A stretch of 59,600 nucleotides of DNA, filler included, from Streblomastix strix (lineage: Eukaryota): NCBI GenBank assembly GCA_008636045.1. It is 3 parts of 3 records of this genome, joined end to end, with 100 filler letters (N's around TTAATTAATTAA, not from the genome) between each part and the next. Parts side by side here need not be neighbours in the genome. Positions count along the whole stretch, not along the records: positions 39,811 to 59,600 come from SNRW01000487.1; 2 more parts are not named here. One strand, given 5' to 3'. The translations under genes were made by a program, and so were the position numbers. Below the pieces are notes generated by a model. That model saw only the letters and a list, made by a program, of their open reading frames with translations. It had not been told where the DNA came from and did not search any database. Numbering within the stretch: the first letter of the stretch is position 1; each line of letters starts with the position of its first letter. Positions 53,601-59,600 of the stretch are shown here, in pieces.

Positions 53601-55616
53601 TCAAATATATCAAATTAGAAGAAAGAGAAAAGAAATTCATCTCGGAATGATAATTTAAACAACAAGAAAACTAATCTTAATTAATCCTTGAATTCACCTT
53701 CTTAACTTTAATCTAGTTAAAATGATTCTCAAAATGAGTTAAATAAATCAAAGGATTAAATAGGTCGTGATGTAGATTAGAAAGTATTTTCAGATATGAA
53801 TTAAAGAAGCATAAGTCAAACATAATAGAATAATTATTTGAATGAGAAGGACAATGAGATCAGAAGTGTTCATAGTTCTCATTCATTACATTCAGCACAT
53901 GAAACAAATGCAAATTAATTTGGAATTGAATAAACTGAAAAAGAAAAAGAAATATCCAAAAGTGACAGATCTATTAGAAATTAATCATATAAATAATTAT
54001 CAGACAGGAATAAATATGATTAACAGATATAAATTAGAGATAATTCAATTTTTGATCAGCCAGATACATCTTATCATAATAGCTCTAATTTGGATTAATT
54101 TAAATAACACTCATAATATTTAATTAATATAACAAATGAAAATGATTATAATAATAATTCATTACTGTCACCAGATAGTTATAAAGGATCTCCTGATTCA
54201 TTCAAATTGATTACTCCTGAAAATAATGAATAAATAATGATTCAAAGAAACTAATAAGAAAAACAAAAGATGAAAATAAGAGAAAAAAAGAAAGATGGAT
54301 AAAATCCATAGATTGAATCATTTATTATTCCTAGTTAATAATCAGATTAATTAAATTAGCTCTAATTCTAATAGTAAGCATAATAATATGATCAATAAAT
54401 ACAAAATGACCCACAAATAAAACTAAATACAACAATAAATAAATAACAACCGTAATAAAATGAATAAGAACAGTCAATATCGTATTAAGAATCACTTTCA
54501 TTCATCCATCAATCCAAAGCACCAACTAATCTCAAAAGATACCAATTTGAAGAAGAATCCCATTAAAAACAATCTCCTGCTCCTCATTAGCCAATAAATA
54601 TGGATGATGAATATGTATATAAAGAATATCCATAATCATCTTCACTCATTGCATCTCATTCAGATATACATTCTTAATCTCCATCAATAAGTCCCATATT
54701 AACAACTGATGCATTGAATAATAATGATATTCAACCAACTATACAAATATCATCATAATCACATATTCCCCAATCTTCTGTATTATCATAGATTAAATCA
54801 CAGTCATAGTTTGCTTCTAAATTGTCTTATTAATCTCCTGTTTAATTGCTTCCATCAAATCAATAAGCTCTTTCTCCTTCATAATTACCAGTTACTACTT
54901 CTTTATAATCATCTTCACTATAGGATAATAAATAAATCATAGATAAATCACCAAATTAAGATCAGATAAGTAAAATAGAGAGTGAATAAATGAATAGACA
55001 ATCAGAAAGGGAATAAACAAATGGAAATTCACTTGCGAAGACAAATGCATTGAATTCATCATCTTCATCATCATCAGGTTTTTCATCATTTCATACATAA
55101 TCTTTTGCTTCATCTTAATCTTCTTCTTCATCATCATCTTCTGTACCTTCATAATCATAATCATAATCTCAAATATTATCATAGACAATATAAACACATA
55201 CAATTCCTGCTTCATAAACTCCAACTTCAACTCCAGCAACAGATACACATACAGTCTAACGTATTATTCATTCATAAATTACTTATCAATCTAATTAACC
55301 ATATTAAGGAATTAATAATTAGGCATTATAAGATACTTCTGAATAATAATAAGATGAAGAAGGGTCAGAATAATAAGGAAGTTCAATTTTGATTCCGCTT
55401 TCATATCATTCGAATAAATCCCATTAATCAAATAATTCAATTCATTCAGATCATTCAGATAACTCGGATCATTATTCTACACATATGGATGATACAAACA
55501 ATTCTCATTATTCACTAATCTCATCACACAGTCATAAATCTACTCGATCAGAAAATGATCACGATACTCCAATATAATAAAATGATTAAAATCCTGGTTT
55601 AAAACCAAATCAATGA
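50634..55616 (+). CDS. Intronless ~1,660-codon Q/S/N-rich disordered protein with RS/charged N-terminus; in-frame TGA at 50811
   Basis: Single code-6 frame from ATG 50634 to TGA 55614-55616, with one internal TGA at codon 60. Confidence 0.75.
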
Positions 55617-55695
55617 ATTAATTAAATAAAAAATAATAATAAAACAAATAATTTAAATGATTGTTATTTATGGTTGATTTATTGAATTAAAAAAA

Positions 55696-56596
55696 TCAAA
55701 AAACGACAACAAATATAACAATAGCTGCAACAACAAGTAAAATGATCAAGAATAGAAAGCACAGTTTCTTCCTCGCTTTTCTGTCCCATTTATTGGCCTA
55801 TTTCAAATTATCAGTTCCCTTCTCAGTGCTGTGTAATGCGTTGAATGTATTGTCTTCAGCAAAAGCTATAAGTAAATAAATTAAGAAAATAAATTATATA
55901 GTAATATAATGATTATAACAAACTCAATGTCTCTGTCTATGCAGCAAGCATTGTATTAACATCTTCACTCATTTCACGTATATTAGTGATGTCTTACTGA
56001 TTATATAAATAAATTCGCATATAATATATTGTATTATAAAACAGCCAAAACAAACATGAATTCCTTAAAATTTCTGTTCTCTCTCCTATAATATAGCTGC
56101 ACTATATGAAGCTTATTATTGCATTGCTTAGTTGAGTTCTGATTGTTAAATCTCAGCTTCTCGCTCTTCACTTTATATGTTCAATTGATATAAATAAGTA
56201 CAATTAATTAAATATAATCATACGGAGACATTAGTTATTAAGCTAATCTATTTTACTCCTTCTTCTAAACACTAGCTCTGACTTATTCTAATTGTTTAAT
56301 CAGTGTTTTAACTGTATCTTCAAACTGATTGCATTATAATTTCCTGGTTGGATCTTGCTGTGCCTATCCTTTTATTTTGTTTAATTCAATTTCTAATATA
56401 AAAAATTAAATAAAGAAATTTGTGTTAAGTTTAAATGCAAACAGCAATCTTTAATTGCTTATAACGCCTCGGCAAGTATATCATCTGTTTCTGACTTTGA
56501 AGAACGACGAGATACTTGTTGTGCTCGTTGAAGTGCACTTTTTGCAGCATCAATTTTGTCTTTAACTATTTCCACATTAGAATTATATGAGCTCAT
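55696..56596 (-). CDS. Syntaxin (Qa-SNARE); 4 introns
   Basis: SNARE motif LQEREQKFQGIHQDITNIREMSEDVNTMLAAQTETL...EKGTDNLKQA, then basic residues and a terminal TM helix. The zero-layer Gln is encoded by TAG. TGA at 55696-55698. Confidence 0.85.
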
Positions 56597-56820
56597 TGTC
56601 TATAAGATAAAAAATTAAAATATTGTTCACAATTTTTAAATTGTAAAGCGTTCTAAATAACAAGAAATTTGCACTTTAAAACAAAAATATGTTTTCATTC
56701 CTGTACTATATAACTGTTTGTGCATATTTTAATTTGTTGACTAAAACTATTAGAATATATTATTTAGAATCAATATATTATACATTAAATATAATGTATT
56801 AGATTATCTGAGCGTGGAGA

Positions 56821-59147
56821 TCAATTTTTTTTATCTTCTTATTATTGGTTGTACTATTCTTAAAGTAAATTGAACAGTAAACAATTGTATGTTATGTATT
56901 ATTAAAATAAAATAGCTACTAACTAAATCAACTATTAGGTACCTCGTTTTCCTTTCCAGCGATTTTTTATATAACTTCTATCTTACCTTTAGTTTGAATA
57001 GGTTTTTTCTTAGCATTGTTTTGTAATACAAACACATCTGTTGCTGGAGTAAACTGCTTTGTATGCTGCACTTCAAATCGCCTCGATGATACATTGTAAT
57101 GTAGAAAATGAGTAACATCAGCAGCACTTATCTCTGAAGGTCCTGGAATGTACCCTTTAATTTTCATAATCTGTAATGTCTGGGTGTCCATGTAATAAAG
57201 ACTTGCAAAGCGAACAATCGTTGGATCGTTAGACAACACGAAAAAGTGTTCAGCGCCCAATCCACCTTCACTGATCCTAGTTCTTGTTATATTCATTTAT
57301 TGAAGGGTTTTCTCTAATGTAAGTTAATCACTGGCAAGAAGAGTCTTTTTCAATAAGTTCTCAATCTGTTTGGAATTTGAAATTCGAGCTGTACGTACAA
57401 GATCATCATGAACTTAAGCTTATGCTAATTCCTAAACACGCTATTTTTCTTATTGTTATTTCTATTTAAGTTATTGTGAAGATGATTATTATTTAATAGC
57501 TGGTTTCTATTAGATTTTATTCTTCTGTATATCAACTCCTATTTCAGAAGATGAAGAATTATGTGATTTGATTTGATTAGGTTATGTCTTTGATTTATTA
57601 GTTATATCTCCATTTATTTATTTAATAGGCTATTATTATTATTATTCTTATGCATTTATTCTTTCCAAACTATCTTTTCTTGATCTTATTTTATTTGTTC
57701 TTGATTATGGAATTATTACATCTGAAATAATTTCTTGTAATTCTTATTACTTCTATTATTCATTTACTTTATTATCAATGAGAATTTGTTCTTCTTTAAC
57801 ATCAATCTATTCACTGTCTATTTATTAATCAGAATAATCTTCCTTCTCCAATTCTAAGAGCATTTATTTTTCAATTAACTCAATATCTGACTAATAAATA
57901 TTGTTTTCTTTGCTAATATCCAATTGATGTTATGATTAATTATATTAAATTTCATTTTCTTTTCCATCGATTAACTATTCTTGAATATTTTCATCTGTAG
58001 TTACATTTTAATTATCATCAATACATTCAAGCTCTTCATTTTATATTTCTTCACAATTAATTTTTTGATTTATGAAATTCAGTTATTCGCTTTTTATATG
58101 AAGTTTCATCTTCCTTGATTCTTCTTCTAAGTTATTATTATTTTTCTTTGAAGAATTTAAAGTATTATTTTTTGCTCCTGAATTCTACTTAATGAATTAC
58201 AATCTTTATAATTTCATTCTCCTTCTGTTCTATTGTTATTCTTCATTAATAGCCATTTTTTGTTGTTAATATTCATTATTAATATTATTAATCATATGAT
58301 CAATTGTGTCTTTATTTTTATTTTCTTCTTTATTATTCAAACCAATAATATTTTCATGTTATTTCTCTTCATTTTATTCGTCTTATTATTCATCTTCAAA
58401 TTGTATTTCATCTTCATTCAATGATTAAACTATTGTATTTTCAATATCTTATCTCTATATAGACATTTTCAATTATTCACTTTCAGTATTATTATAATCT
58501 TCATGTTATAGAATATCCATCTCTAAGTCTTCTTTTTCTAATTCATCTTATATATCCAATTATTCATTATCTATTATTCCATCCAATTCCATATTTGTGT
58601 GTTTATTCAAAGACTCTTAATAATCATTGTATTTATCTTCACTCAATTCTTAATTCATGTTTATTAATTGTATTTCTTTATCACATTCCCTCCCTTCCTC
58701 TTATGATTGAATATTTAATAAAGGTGTAATTATATCAATATTATCTTAATTCAACTACGTTATTACTAGCGTAGAATTCTCTATCTCCAATTCGTCCTTG
58801 GTTTAATATTCACATGCTGACTTTATATTCATATTCAAATAGCAGTCCATTATCTATTATTTATTTATTGGTTTAAATTCTTCTATTATAGTATTATTAA
58901 ATTTCTTCTCGTCTTCACAAATTTATTATGATTTATCATTAATTTCATTATCTTCGTATTGATTATGAATTTATTGAACAATTTCATTAGTTTGATTTTC
59001 CGCATTTTATATTTTTTATAAAATCTTAAAATTTGATAATTTTTCAACTTCTTTTTTCTTTTCTTTTTGCTAATGTTCAAGTAACTCAATCTCTTATCGC
59101 TTTTTCCTTATCTCTTCTCTTGCTTATCGTCGCCGTTCTTTATCCAT
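56821..59147 (-). CDS. CKK-domain (CAMSAP/Patronin-related) microtubule-binding protein
   Basis: C-terminal SNSKQIENLLKKTLLA...HFFVLSND...RFASLY...KIKG..GPSEI...YNVSSRRF...TKQF...DVFVL matches the CKK pattern (~57020-57390). It is preceded by an acidic/Q/N low-complexity region. The start is uncertain. Confidence 0.8.
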
Positions 59148-59600
59148 GTTGATTTTTCTAAAAAATTAAAAAAAATATTACGGTAAAACTTTATTATGAA
59201 CATATAAAAATAAATTTCATATATACGCGCACGATAAAAATGAATAAATGAAAATAAATTAAAATTGGCAACTGAGATAAGGGGTAAACTCTCATATGAC
59301 GAATTAACGAGCATGGAATCTTAAAATTTATTTATTCTCACATTAAATACTATCAAAAGTAATATTTAATTTAAATTATTGAAATATGTCTTAAATTAGT
59401 CAAACTGGGAAAGAACTGAAGTTTTTTGTGTGAATAATATAGCCAGGACGTCAATAGGGTATTTCATTTTTTCTAGGCATGTCAAGATTGACATGATAAA
59501 GTGCTATATGTCAGTCTATAATGAACTTTCTCAAAGATTCTTGTCTGTATTAAAATAAAAAAACAGAATTGAAGAGTATAATTCAAAATTTAAGAAATTT

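Noticed and set aside
56597..56860. CKK gene reading through in frame into the syntaxin gene
   Set aside because: Arises only with the upstream AAG acceptor; the nearby TAG acceptor gives YNQQQEDKKN-TGA, a normal end.
4957..59314. Most short ORFs in the supplied track
   Set aside because: Computed with the standard code. They are exon fragments or off-frame/antisense shadows of low-complexity code-6 genes.

Overview
AT-rich, intron-containing eukaryotic (protist) nuclear DNA made of three ~19.8-kb segments (1-19809, 19910-39710, 39811-59600). The segments are joined by artificial N44-TTAATTAATTAA-N44 linkers. The genes are readable only if TAA and TAG encode Gln (translation table 6) and TGA is the terminator, so the supplied standard-code ORF track is fragmentary. 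The code, the 50-130-nt GT-AG introns and the gene content resemble an oxymonad such as Streblomastix (inference). Segment 1: a GC-richer mobile-element-like end, MSH4, Nup93/Nic96 and a giant PPP-family phosphatase. Segment 2: an unknown partial gene, PRP4, a REND-repeat coiled-coil protein, a ~2,700-aa multi-pass membrane protein ending in a complete hemerythrin domain, PTB/hnRNP-L, and a ~750-bp inverted duplication. Segment 3: a polytopic membrane protein, a NEK-like kinase pseudogene, an RNF5-like E3 ligase, two unknown proteins, a syntaxin and a CKK-domain protein. The main observation is five in-frame TGA codons inside four otherwise intact genes, spread over all three segments (1925, 4117, 6958, 34651, 50811), even though TGA is the only remaining stop. 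This suggests a context-dependent code in which all three stop codons can be sense (UGA possibly Arg or Trp). C>T artefact or recent nonsense alleles are the alternatives.
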